The translations under genes and the position numbers were made by a program. From Gemmatimonadales bacterium (lineage in GTDB: Bacteria > Gemmatimonadota > Gemmatimonadetes > Gemmatimonadales > GWC2-71-9), in the NCBI GenBank assembly GCA_019637315.1, contig JAHBVU010000019.1, forward strand, positions 1,371-65,370: a stretch of DNA of 64,000 bases, read 5' to 3'. Positions 46,951 through 56,300 of the stretch are shown here, piece by piece. The notes below the pieces were generated by a model that was given only the letters and a program-made list of their open reading frames with translations, did not search any database and was not told where the DNA came from. The first letter of the stretch is position 1, and the number at the start of each line of letters is the position of its first letter.

Positions 46951-46977
46951 CCGATCGGTCCGATCGGTCGGATTGGT
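46951..46977. repeat. Three tandem 9-bp units CCGATCGGT CCGATCGGT CGGATTGGT (each perfect unit contains the palindrome CCGATCGG)
   Basis: Read directly and anchored on ORF frame 46740. It lies in the 335-bp divergent intergenic region. Confidence 0.7.
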
Positions 46978-47069
46978 CCCTGGGGAGCGTGACCGTTAGG
47001 TTTGCCTTCCGCGCGTTCGCCCGCGGTGCGGGCGCACCCGAGGTCTTCACACGAACATGGTAGAGCGCA

Positions 47070-47669
47070 ATGGCTATCGATCCAGCCGACCTGCTTGCTC
47101 TGATGCGAGCCCGTCGCAGTCACAAAATGCCCTTCCTGAAGCCCGATCCCGTCGACGCCTCGCTGGTCGAGCAGGTGCTCGAGGCGGCCCGCTGGGCGCC
47201 GAGTCACGGCAAGACGGAACCATGGCACTTCACCGTCTATTCCGGCGAAGGCCGCCGCGGGCTCGGGGATGCCTTTGCTGAAGCATATCGGATCCAGGCC
47301 GAAGCCAAGGGGACCTACACTCAGGAGGCGTTCGAGACCAGTCGCGACAAGGTCTGGAAGGTGCCGGTGTGGATTGCCCTGACGCTCAAGCCCGGGGTCA
47401 AGCCTGACGGGTCGTTCGTGATGCCCGAATGGGAAGAACTCCTGGCGTTTGGCGGAGCGGTCCAGAACCTTCACCTGGCGGCGACGGCACTCGGTCTGTC
47501 GGGTCAGTGGTCGACTGGTGCGCAGGCCGTGCTGCCCCATGTCGCGGAGTTCGTTGGTGTGCCTGCGCCGTCTCGGCCCCTTGGATTCTTTCTGCTCGGC
47601 TATCCCGGCAACGTACCTCCGGATGTGGGCCGCCGTCCGCTCAGCGACAAGGTGACCTGGCGCAGCTGA
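47070..47669 (+). CDS. Nitroreductase family protein
   Basis: 199 aa. RRSHKMPF...VLEAARWAPSHGKTEPWHF is the typical nitroreductase N-terminus. Confidence 0.85.
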   Translation: MAIDPADLLALMRARRSHKMPFLKPDPVDASLVEQVLEAARWAPSHGKTEPWHFTVYSGEGRRGLGDAFAEAYRIQAEAKGTYTQEAFETSRDKVWKVPVWIALTLKPGVKPDGSFVMPEWEELLAFGGAVQNLHLAATALGLSGQWSTGAQAVLPHVAEFVGVPAPSRPLGFFLLGYPGNVPPDVGRRPLSDKVTWRS

Positions 47670-47688
47670 AACACTGAGACGAGGGAGG

Positions 47689-49203
47689 GTGCTCATGCGG
47701 TGGCAGATCGGACTGGCGCTGGCGTTGACGTTGAGTTGGGTTGCCTCGCTTTCGGCGCAGCGATCGGCCGGATCGCGGCCGGCCGGGCCGTTCGCGGCGC
47801 TGGACCGGTACGTACCCGCGGCACTGGCAGCCTGGGACGTGCCGGGCGCCGCGATTGCGATCGTACGCAACGACTCGATCGTCTACATCAAGGGGTTTGG
47901 CGTCCGGGAACTCGGCCTGCCGGCGCCAGTCGATTCTGCCACACTGTTCGCCATCGGCTCCAACACCAAAGCGTTTACGGCCACTGCCGCTGCGATGCTG
48001 GTGACCGATGGCAGGATGGCCTGGGACACGCCGCTGACAGCCTACCTGCCGGGTTTTGCGGTTGCTGATCCCTATGCGACCCGGCAGATCACGCTGCGGG
48101 ACGCCTTGGCGCACCGGACCGGTCTGGCTCGCTACGAGTCGGTCTGGTACGGCACCGGTTACTCGCGCGAAGACCTGCTGGCCCGCCTCCGTTACGCGGA
48201 GATGGAGGGTGGCCTGCGCAGCGGCTTCGGATACAACAACCTGGCGTACCTTGCCGCCGGTGCGGCTATCGGCGCGGCTGCGGGGAGCAGTTGGGACGCT
48301 GTCATCGCCGAGCGGATTCTCACACCACTCGGCATGGCGTCGACCAGTCCGGTCGGGGCTCCGCTGGAGCAGCCGGGCAATGTGGCGGCGCCGCACCAGC
48401 GCATCGGCCCCACCGTGCGCAAAGTCCCGGTGCGAAACATCGACAATGTTGCTCCGGCGGGCGCGATCGTCTCGAACGTGCTGGACATGGCGCAGTGGCT
48501 GCGCTTTCAGCTCGCCAATGGCAGCTATCGCGGCCAGCGGCTCGTGAGTGAGGATGCCCTGCGGGCCACCCGCTCCGCGCAGGTGGTGATGGGTGGCCCG
48601 GTGCCCGGTGAACCGTATCAGCCGTTGATCTCCGCGTACGGCCTCGGATGGGTGGTGTCGGAGTATGCCGGTCAGTCGCTCGTCTGGCACAACGGCGGGA
48701 TCGATGGCTTCATGGCTGAGGTGCGTCTGCTGCCGGGCCAGAACGCCGGGTGGGTGCTGCTGACGAACAGCTATGGCACCAACCTGATGCCGGCAATTTC
48801 GTATCGGATTGCCGACCTCCTGCTCGGGCGTCCGGCCCGCGACTGGAGTGCGGAGATGCTGGCTGCGCAGAGAGCGAGGCCGGTTCGAGCGCCGCAGGAG
48901 GCAAACATGGTCACCGGCGCCGTGCCGCTCCTGCCGCTCGAGCGCTACGCCGGTCGATACACCGACCCGCTCTTCGGCGAGGTGACGGTGGAGCTGCGCG
49001 GCGACCGTTTGCGGCTCGGGTACGGGCCCAACTTCTCGGGGCCGCTCGATCACTCGCTGATCCACACCTTCCGGGTATCCTGGGAGGGCCAGACCGCCGT
49101 TACGCTGCCCGGGGCAAGCGTCACTTTCGGGGTGGATGCCGCGGCGAGGCCGATCGATGTCACGATCAGCGGGCTGACGACCTTTCGTCGGGTCCGGCCG
49201 TAG
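47689..49203 (+). CDS. Serine hydrolase, beta-lactamase/PBP-like with a DUF3471-like C-terminal domain (paralog of 20665..22182)
   Basis: SxxK motif (GSNTKAFT) and the same architecture and C-terminal GRYTDPLFGEVTVELRGDRL module as the 20665 gene. Confidence 0.85.
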   Translation: MLMRWQIGLALALTLSWVASLSAQRSAGSRPAGPFAALDRYVPAALAAWDVPGAAIAIVRNDSIVYIKGFGVRELGLPAPVDSATLFAIGSNTKAFTATAAAMLVTDGRMAWDTPLTAYLPGFAVADPYATRQITLRDALAHRTGLARYESVWYGTGYSREDLLARLRYAEMEGGLRSGFGYNNLAYLAAGAAIGAAAGSSWDAVIAERILTPLGMASTSPVGAPLEQPGNVAAPHQRIGPTVRKVPVRNIDNVAPAGAIVSNVLDMAQWLRFQLANGSYRGQRLVSEDALRATRSAQVVMGGPVPGEPYQPLISAYGLGWVVSEYAGQSLVWHNGGIDGFMAEVRLLPGQNAGWVLLTNSYGTNLMPAISYRIADLLLGRPARDWSAEMLAAQRARPVRAPQEANMVTGAVPLLPLERYAGRYTDPLFGEVTVELRGDRLRLGYGPNFSGPLDHSLIHTFRVSWEGQTAVTLPGASVTFGVDAAARPIDVTISGLTTFRRVRP

Positions 49204-49228
49204 AGCTTGGAGCATGAGCGGCTCACCG

Positions 49229-49257
49229 TTGACCCTGGTGGGTCGGTCGCTTAGAGT
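49229..49257 (+). promoter_or_regulatory. Sigma70-like promoter TTGACC-17-TAGAGT placing the TSS at the ATG of the poly-Cys mini-ORF
   Basis: Hexamers at 49229-49234 and 49252-49257, verified against the antisense ORF translation. The ATG lies 6 nt after the -10. Confidence 0.5.
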
Positions 49258-49263
49258 CCCTGG

Positions 49264-49359
49264 ATGCAGCTGGTTCACTCCGTGACCCCCGCAGTACCCC
49301 CTGTGTGCCTCTCCCGCCTCGTCGGGACGGGTCACCAGGACTGTTGTTGTTGCCGCTAA
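49264..49359 (+). CDS. Candidate leaderless leader peptide MQLVHSVTPAVPPVCLSRLVGTGHQDCCCCR (31 codons)
   Basis: ATG at the predicted TSS. TGT TGT TGT TGC at 49342-49353, then CGC TAA. Confirmed via the antisense ORF (..SLAATTTV..). Confidence 0.45.
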   Translation: MQLVHSVTPAVPPVCLSRLVGTGHQDCCCCR

Positions 49360-49420
49360 AGACGTCCCAGGCGTCGTCCGAAGTTCGTCGTTCGTCAATT
49401 CAATAATCGAGGCAGGTCTT

Positions 49421-50410
49421 ATGTCGTTTCCATCGGGGACACTTCCCGTTGCGGTGTACTATGAGCACCCGGACTGGTTCAAGCCGCTTTTTGCCGAGCT
49501 CGATCGGCGCGGGATTCCCTGGGTTGCCCTGGATGCTGCGGCGCACGAGTACGATCCGGCCGACCTGACGCGCCACTATTCGCTGGTCGTCAACCGCAAC
49601 AGCCCGTCGGCCTATCTCCGGGCCCATGGTCAGGCCACGTTCCATACTCTCAACTGGCTTCGTCACGTCGAGCGTACTGGCACTCCGGTCGTCAACGGCT
49701 CGGCGGTCTATGGGCTCGAGATCTCGAAAGCGTTCCAGGTCGAGGTCCTTTCCGAGCTCGGCCTGCCGGTGCCGCGTGCACTCGTCATCAATCATGCCTC
49801 CCGGGCAGCCTCGGCAGCACAACGGTTGCGGTATCCGGTGGTCGTCAAGGCCAATATCGGCGGCAGCGGCGCGGGAATCGTCCGTTTCGATTCCGAAGCC
49901 CAATTGACCGAGGCCGTCGCGGCCGGCCGGATCGATCTCGGTGTCGATGGGACTGCCCTGGTTCAGGAACTGGCTCCACTGTCCGGGGGGCGGATTACCA
50001 GAGTCGAGGTCCTCGACGGCAAGTTCCTCTATGCCATCAACGTCTATCCGACTGGAGAGTCGTTCAACCTCTGCCCGGCCGACATCTGCCAGACGACGGA
50101 AGGGCGGGCGCTGGATCGCACCTTCTGCGCAGCAGACGCACCCAGGACCGGGATGCGGGTCGAGCGGGCGGATCCTCCCGCTCACATCATCGCGCAGGTC
50201 GAGAGGATCGCCCGTCATGTGCATCTCGATATCGGCGGCATCGAGTATCTGGTCGATGAGCGCGACGGTGAGCACTACTTCTACGATATCAATGCACTGT
50301 CGAATTTCGTTGCCGACGCCCCGAACGTGATCGGGTTCGACCCGTTTGCCCGCTTCGTGGATTATCTCGAAGTGCGAGCGGGTCTGGTCGCACGGGCTCT
50401 GGGTGCCTGA
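49421..50410 (+). CDS. ATP-grasp domain protein (RimK/GshB-like ligase)
   Basis: 329 aa. GAGG SD 8 nt upstream. ATP-grasp pattern (YPVVVKANIGGSGAGIVRF..., GGIEYLVDERDGEHYFYDINALSNF). Confidence 0.8.
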   Translation: MSFPSGTLPVAVYYEHPDWFKPLFAELDRRGIPWVALDAAAHEYDPADLTRHYSLVVNRNSPSAYLRAHGQATFHTLNWLRHVERTGTPVVNGSAVYGLEISKAFQVEVLSELGLPVPRALVINHASRAASAAQRLRYPVVVKANIGGSGAGIVRFDSEAQLTEAVAAGRIDLGVDGTALVQELAPLSGGRITRVEVLDGKFLYAINVYPTGESFNLCPADICQTTEGRALDRTFCAADAPRTGMRVERADPPAHIIAQVERIARHVHLDIGGIEYLVDERDGEHYFYDINALSNFVADAPNVIGFDPFARFVDYLEVRAGLVARALGA

Positions 50411-50412
50411 CG

Positions 50413-51462
50413 ATGCGTTTCGGATACTGGTTGCCGGTGTTCGGCGGGTGGCTTCGCAACGTTCCGGATGAGGGCATGGATGCGTCGTGGAGCTATGTCA
50501 GCCGCCTCGCGCGCCGCAGCGAAGAGATCGGCTTCGATCTGACGCTGATTGCCGAGTTGTTCCTCAACGATATCAAGGGTGTGAACGCTCCCTCGCTCGA
50601 CGCCTGGTCCACTGCGGCAGCGCTGGCGGCAGTTACGCAGCGGCTCGAGCTGATGGTTGCCGTGCGGCCGACCTTTCACCAGCCGGCCATCCTGGCCAAG
50701 CAGGCAGCCGCGATCGATCACATCTCCGGAGGCCGGCTGGCCCTCAACGTGGTCTCCTCGTGGTGGGCGGACGAGGCGCGACGGTACGGGGTGCGATTCG
50801 ATCAGCACGACGACCGATACGCCCGCACCGCGGAGTGGCTGGCGGTGGTCGACGGGGTCTGGCGAGAGCCCGAGTTCTCCTTCGACGGTACCTACTATCA
50901 GGTCGAGGGAACGATTCTCGAACCCAAGCCGGTGCGCCGGCCTCGACCGCCGATCTATGCCGGCGGCGAGTCGTCGGCGGCGAAGCGTCTGATCAGCCAG
51001 CAGTGCGATGCGTATGTGATGCACGGCGACCCGATTGAGGTGGTCTCAGCCCGGATCGGTGAGTTGTCCGCGCTGAGAGAGGCAGCAGGGCTGCCGCGGC
51101 TGTCCTTCGGCATGGCCGCCTATGCTATCGTGCGCGATACCGAGCAGGAGGCGGCCCGGGAGCTGGAGCGAATCACCAACGTCACTCCGGGCTCGCCCGG
51201 GTACGGCAACTATCGCGACTGGATCGCCAATACCCAGCTCGAGCGTCAGGTGTCGCTGCAGGATTACTCGGTATCCAACCGGGGGCTGCGGGCGGGCTTG
51301 ATCGGCACGCCGGAGCAGGTGGCGGAGCGGATTGCGGCCTTCGAAGCCGCAGGAGTCGACCTTCTGCTGTTACAATTCAGTCCGCAGGCAGAGGAGATGG
51401 AGCGCTTTGCCGACCAGGTCATCGGTCGGCTCAGCGCGACCCCCGCCGGGGGTGGTGCCTGA
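50413..51462 (+). CDS. LLM-class flavin-dependent monooxygenase (SsuD/SfnG/RutA-like group)
   Basis: 349 aa. Starts 2 nt after the ATP-grasp stop. Motifs AKQAAAIDHISGGRLALNVVSSWW and DDRYARTAEWL. Confidence 0.85.
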   Translation: MRFGYWLPVFGGWLRNVPDEGMDASWSYVSRLARRSEEIGFDLTLIAELFLNDIKGVNAPSLDAWSTAAALAAVTQRLELMVAVRPTFHQPAILAKQAAAIDHISGGRLALNVVSSWWADEARRYGVRFDQHDDRYARTAEWLAVVDGVWREPEFSFDGTYYQVEGTILEPKPVRRPRPPIYAGGESSAAKRLISQQCDAYVMHGDPIEVVSARIGELSALREAAGLPRLSFGMAAYAIVRDTEQEAARELERITNVTPGSPGYGNYRDWIANTQLERQVSLQDYSVSNRGLRAGLIGTPEQVAERIAAFEAAGVDLLLLQFSPQAEEMERFADQVIGRLSATPAGGGA

Positions 51463-51537
51463 CCATGGGTCGGGCCGCCGCGATGATGCGGCGGCCTGAT
51501 CCCCATGGGCCGAACGTCGTCCTAACCCAGCCCATAG

Positions 51538-52635
<1,098 letters not shown>

Positions 52636-53072
52636 CGGTCCGATTCAGCACGCCGAGGCCCATCGAGACTGCGCAGCTGCCGTCGTCGTTCGCCGCTGGT
52701 CAGCGGGCGACTGCCAGTGGTCGAGTGCTGCCGTGCGTCACTGGTGCTGGCAAGGCAGGGATCTGCGTTGCTGGCGCGGTCGGGCCGGGCCAGGGCAGCG
52801 CAATCGTGGCGATGAAGACCGTGGGCTGGAGGTGGCTGGCGGGCTGGTTGGCGGGCATATCCAGAATCCGATTCAGGTGCGGGGTCGATCCATTTTCCTT
52901 CACAGTAGGAAGAATCGGGCCAGCATGTTCTGCTTATGTAAAGTGTTTTACTGCAAAGATTTAGCTGATCGTACCTCGGCCGGTGGCCCGCCCGTCGTGT
53001 CCTCGGGACGGGTCACTGTCGCTGGATTGGGACGGTCGGACGTCCTAGAGAGAGACGAATCCGGCAGGGTGC

Positions 53073-53480
53073 ATGCTGCAATCGATCAAGCGAGAATGGC
53101 GTCTGCTGCGCGACGCGGAGCCTGGCCGTCGCTTTCGTGACCGCTATCGGCGAACCCGCAAGGGTGGATCATCGTTCGGTGCTCGGGTCGCGCGCATGGT
53201 TGCGGGGCTGGCCATCACCGCTGCTGGTGCGTTCATGGTTCCTGCCCCAGGACCGGGCTGGCTGGTCGTTGCCCTGGGGCTTGGCCTGATCGCCAGCGAT
53301 ATTCGCCCGCTCGCGACCTTTCTCGACCGCGCCGAGTTGCGCGTCCGCGACATCGGCGAAGGGCTGTCGGTGTGGTGGTCCGCCCGTTCGCGCTCGGTGC
53401 GGATGATGCTGGGAGCCCTGGGAGGTCTGGTCGCCGTTGCCGGCAGCTACGGGCTGCTCAGGCTCTTTGTGCTGAGCTAG
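53073..53480 (+). CDS. PGPGW-motif small membrane protein
   Basis: 135 aa with VPAPGPGWLVVALGLGLIA. Confidence 0.7.
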   Translation: MLQSIKREWRLLRDAEPGRRFRDRYRRTRKGGSSFGARVARMVAGLAITAAGAFMVPAPGPGWLVVALGLGLIASDIRPLATFLDRAELRVRDIGEGLSVWWSARSRSVRMMLGALGGLVAVAGSYGLLRLFVLS

Positions 53481-53481
53481 T

Positions 53482-54747
53482 TCACGGTTTCAGGATGCGA
53501 TGGACCCGGACATGCTCCAGGCCGTCGTCGTCGGTCCAGACCCCGAGGATTCGGTCCGCCTCGACCTGGATCAGGCGAAACCCGGCTGGCGTCGAGAGCC
53601 GACCCAGCAGTGCGCCATCGGGGCCCACCACGGCAAATTGCCGTTGCTTGATCCCGGGCCGCACCGCCTCTTCGATCCAGACGCCGCCATCCGGGGCAGG
53701 GAAGAGACCCTGGATCCACAGCATGGCCGTCGGGTAGCGGATTCCATCGAGCTGCGCCAGGTACTGCGTCTTGAACTGGTGTGGCGCCGCTCGCATCTGT
53801 GGCGCCGCATCCAGCATTTCGCGCCACTCGGCCCGGTGAACCGAGATGTCGCTGGCGCTCAGGCGCATCGCGTCGATCGGCGCGCGGATCAGCAGATCGA
53901 GGCTCCCGTCCGCCCGATATCGTTCGACCTGCCAGCTGTTGTTCTGCGCCAGAAATATGTGCGCGCCGCGGATCCCGGCGACGGTCTGCTTGCCCAGCGG
54001 CACCGGGGTCGGGATCGGCACGGTTTGCGGTCCGAAGGTGACGGTTACCTGGGTCATCTCGGTGCCCGGCACGGATGCGATGGTATCGGCCGCCGTGCCG
54101 TCAGGTGCGTACCGGATGAAGCTGACCGTATCACGGGTCATCGATTCCCGGCGCTCACCGACGGTCAGGCTGAGCCGCTGCCCCACGACAGATCCGTCCG
54201 CCAGCGCACCCATCGGGACGGCAAAGGCCATCCGTCCGCCTTCACCGGGTGTCAGGCTCGATTGACCCCCGAGCGAGTAGGCGCGTCCTGCCTTGCCGTC
54301 GGGTGTGATCACCGTGAGTCGCTGGGTCATCACGTCCGCCGCGACGAGCGAGTCACCCGCAGCCGCCCAGACGCCCGACAGTGCTTGGAACTCCCCGGGG
54401 CCGCTTCCGGGTCGCCCGAGGCTGCCGGCGGGTCGTCCTGAGCTGTCGAAGAAGCGGATCGCATTTGCCAGGGCGGACGCCGCTGCGAGGCTACCGTCGG
54501 GTCGCATCACGGCGCCGACGATCTGCGTCAGCTCGGCCTCCGCCGTGCCGGCAATGCTGATCAGGGGGGCTGCCTCGATCGTCCAGGCCTGGTCCGCCTG
54601 CCAGGTGCCCTGTGCGTTGTCAACGATTCGGATTCCCGCACTGTCGCGGGTCGCGGCGGTGCTCCCGCCCTGGGAGGAACTGCTGCAGCCGGTCAATGCG
54701 AGCAGCAGTAGGGTCGCAGCGGCCGGGGTGTCGAGGTCGAGTTGCAT
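53482..54747 (-). CDS. Lipoprotein, NHL/6-bladed beta-propeller-like
   Basis: Lipobox LALTGC. The GSGPGEFQ motif and repeated blade-like segments. GGAAGG SD. Confidence 0.65.
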   Translation of the reverse strand: MQLDLDTPAAATLLLLALTGCSSSSQGGSTAATRDSAGIRIVDNAQGTWQADQAWTIEAAPLISIAGTAEAELTQIVGAVMRPDGSLAAASALANAIRFFDSSGRPAGSLGRPGSGPGEFQALSGVWAAAGDSLVAADVMTQRLTVITPDGKAGRAYSLGGQSSLTPGEGGRMAFAVPMGALADGSVVGQRLSLTVGERRESMTRDTVSFIRYAPDGTAADTIASVPGTEMTQVTVTFGPQTVPIPTPVPLGKQTVAGIRGAHIFLAQNNSWQVERYRADGSLDLLIRAPIDAMRLSASDISVHRAEWREMLDAAPQMRAAPHQFKTQYLAQLDGIRYPTAMLWIQGLFPAPDGGVWIEEAVRPGIKQRQFAVVGPDGALLGRLSTPAGFRLIQVEADRILGVWTDDDGLEHVRVHRILKP

Positions 54748-54908
54748 CGTGCCTTCCATGACGGGTGGTGCAGAAAGGTAGTCTCCTCGACTATCCGAGA
54801 CCTGTCTGGCGTGAGCTTGGGGTGACGAAATAGCCCCGGGATGGGCTGCCCCCCTTAGATTGAGCGACGTCGAAGCAGGTTTGACTCGCACCGTATCCTG
54901 GAGTTGTC

Positions 54909-56300
54909 GTGCCGTTTTCAGGTCTCAAGCTCGATCGCAGTCTGCTGACCGGTCTCAAGGAGTTGGGGTACACGCGCCCGACGCCGATTCAGACCGATGC
55001 CATTCCTCTTGCGCTGGAAGGGCGTGACCTGCTGGCGTGCGCCATGACAGGCAGCGGCAAGACGGCCGCCTTCATCTTGCCAATCCTGCATCGCCTGCTG
55101 AGCCGTCCTCGGGGTACGACCCGAGCGCTCGTGCTGACGCCAACCCGCGAACTGGCGGCCCAGATTCTCGAGAACCTGAATGACATGGCGGTTCACACTC
55201 CCCTCACCGCAGCGGCCGTCTTCGGTGGCGTCGGGATGGGGCCCCAGGAACATGCCTTTCGGGTCGGTGTCGACGTCATCGTCGCGACGCCGGGCCGTCT
55301 GCTCGACCACCTCCGGGCGCCATATGCCAAGCTCGATCGGATCGAGCACCTCGTGCTCGACGAAGCCGATCGGATGCTCGACATGGGCTTTCTGCCGGAC
55401 ATCCGCCGGGTGCTGCGCCATCTTCCCACCAAGCGCCAGACGATGTTGTTCAGCGCGACCATGCCCCGGGAAATCGCGACCCTGGCCCGAGAGATCCTGA
55501 GCGCGCCGGCCACCATCAATGTCGAACGGCAGGCTGCCCCGGCGGTCGGGATCACCCAGGCGGTTTATCCGGTACCGCAGGATCGAAAGGCGGCACTGCT
55601 GGCAACCCTGCTTCAACGTGATGAGATGCACGAAGCGCTCGTGTTCACGCGGACGAAGCATCGAGCCGATCGCCTCACCAAGTTCCTGGTGCGCGAGGGC
55701 ATTGCGGCGGAACGGATTCACGGCAATCGGTCGCAGGCGCAGCGGACGGCGGCACTGGCGGGCTTCAAGAACGGCACCCATCGAGTCCTGGTAGCTACGG
55801 ACATTGCCGCGCGGGGTATCGATGTCGAGGCGCTGGGCCATGTCGTCAATTTCGATGTGCCGGAGGTGGCGGAGGATTACATCCATCGGGTGGGGCGCAC
55901 GGCGCGTGCCGAGGCAACCGGTGAAGCGTTCACTTTCGTGGCGCCGGAGGAAGAGGGCGACCTCCGACGCATCGAGCACGCTATCGGCAAGCGCTTGCCG
56001 CGGGTTACGCTGCCGGATTTCGATCTGACCTCGCGCGCGGATGCGCCGCTCGAGGTGCCGCTGGCGCAGCGGATTGCCGAGATTCGGGCCCGCAAAGCCG
56101 AAGACCGGGTTCGGGCCAAAGCCAATGCCGCGCGTCGCGAAGCGGTGCAGCGTCAGCAACAGAGCGACCGACGGGCCGCTTCATCTCAGCGAGAGGGCTC
56201 GCGGTGGGATGCAAAGTCGCGGTCGGAGTCGTCGACAGGTTCGGGCCGGAACAAGCGGCGGCCGGGCGGCCCCAGGCGTCCGCCAACCAAGGGGCGTTAG
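54909..56300 (+). CDS. rhlE: DEAD-box ATP-dependent RNA helicase (RhlE-like) with a basic C-terminal tail
   Basis: Q motif TPIQ, AMTGSGKT, DEAD (VLDEAD), SAT, HRVGRTAR. GTG start with GGAG SD. Confidence 0.9.
   Translation: MPFSGLKLDRSLLTGLKELGYTRPTPIQTDAIPLALEGRDLLACAMTGSGKTAAFILPILHRLLSRPRGTTRALVLTPTRELAAQILENLNDMAVHTPLTAAAVFGGVGMGPQEHAFRVGVDVIVATPGRLLDHLRAPYAKLDRIEHLVLDEADRMLDMGFLPDIRRVLRHLPTKRQTMLFSATMPREIATLAREILSAPATINVERQAAPAVGITQAVYPVPQDRKAALLATLLQRDEMHEALVFTRTKHRADRLTKFLVREGIAAERIHGNRSQAQRTAALAGFKNGTHRVLVATDIAARGIDVEALGHVVNFDVPEVAEDYIHRVGRTARAEATGEAFTFVAPEEEGDLRRIEHAIGKRLPRVTLPDFDLTSRADAPLEVPLAQRIAEIRARKAEDRVRAKANAARREAVQRQQQSDRRAASSQREGSRWDAKSRSESSTGSGRNKRRPGGPRRPPTKGR

Noticed and set aside
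49264-49359. Poly-Cys mini-ORF as a RiPP precursor modified by the adjacent ATP-grasp enzyme, or as a metal-binding peptide
   Set aside because: Graspetide-type cores need Thr/Ser/Lys plus Asp/Glu side-chain pairs, which are essentially absent. There is no protease or exporter nearby. The rare-codon run, the leaderless geometry and the second Cys-run ORF with a terminator fit a regulatory leader better. This alternative is not formally excluded.
47641-49398. 585-aa minus-strand ORF covering the serine-hydrolase gene and the poly-Cys mini-ORF region
   Set aside because: It is a shadow frame (TTG start, Arg/Pro-rich) antisense to a gene with SxxK motifs. I used it only to verify my reading of the sequence.
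52700-52903. Small ORFs in the 52636-53072 spacer (minus-strand MPANQPASHLQPTVFIATIALPWPGP..., plus-strand MKTVGWRWLAGWLAG...)
   Set aside because: They have no SD or leaderless signature. The plus-strand frame ends in atypical A/T-ending codons, the minus-strand product is Pro-rich low complexity, and I recall no homologs. They are kept only as a note inside the spacer finding.
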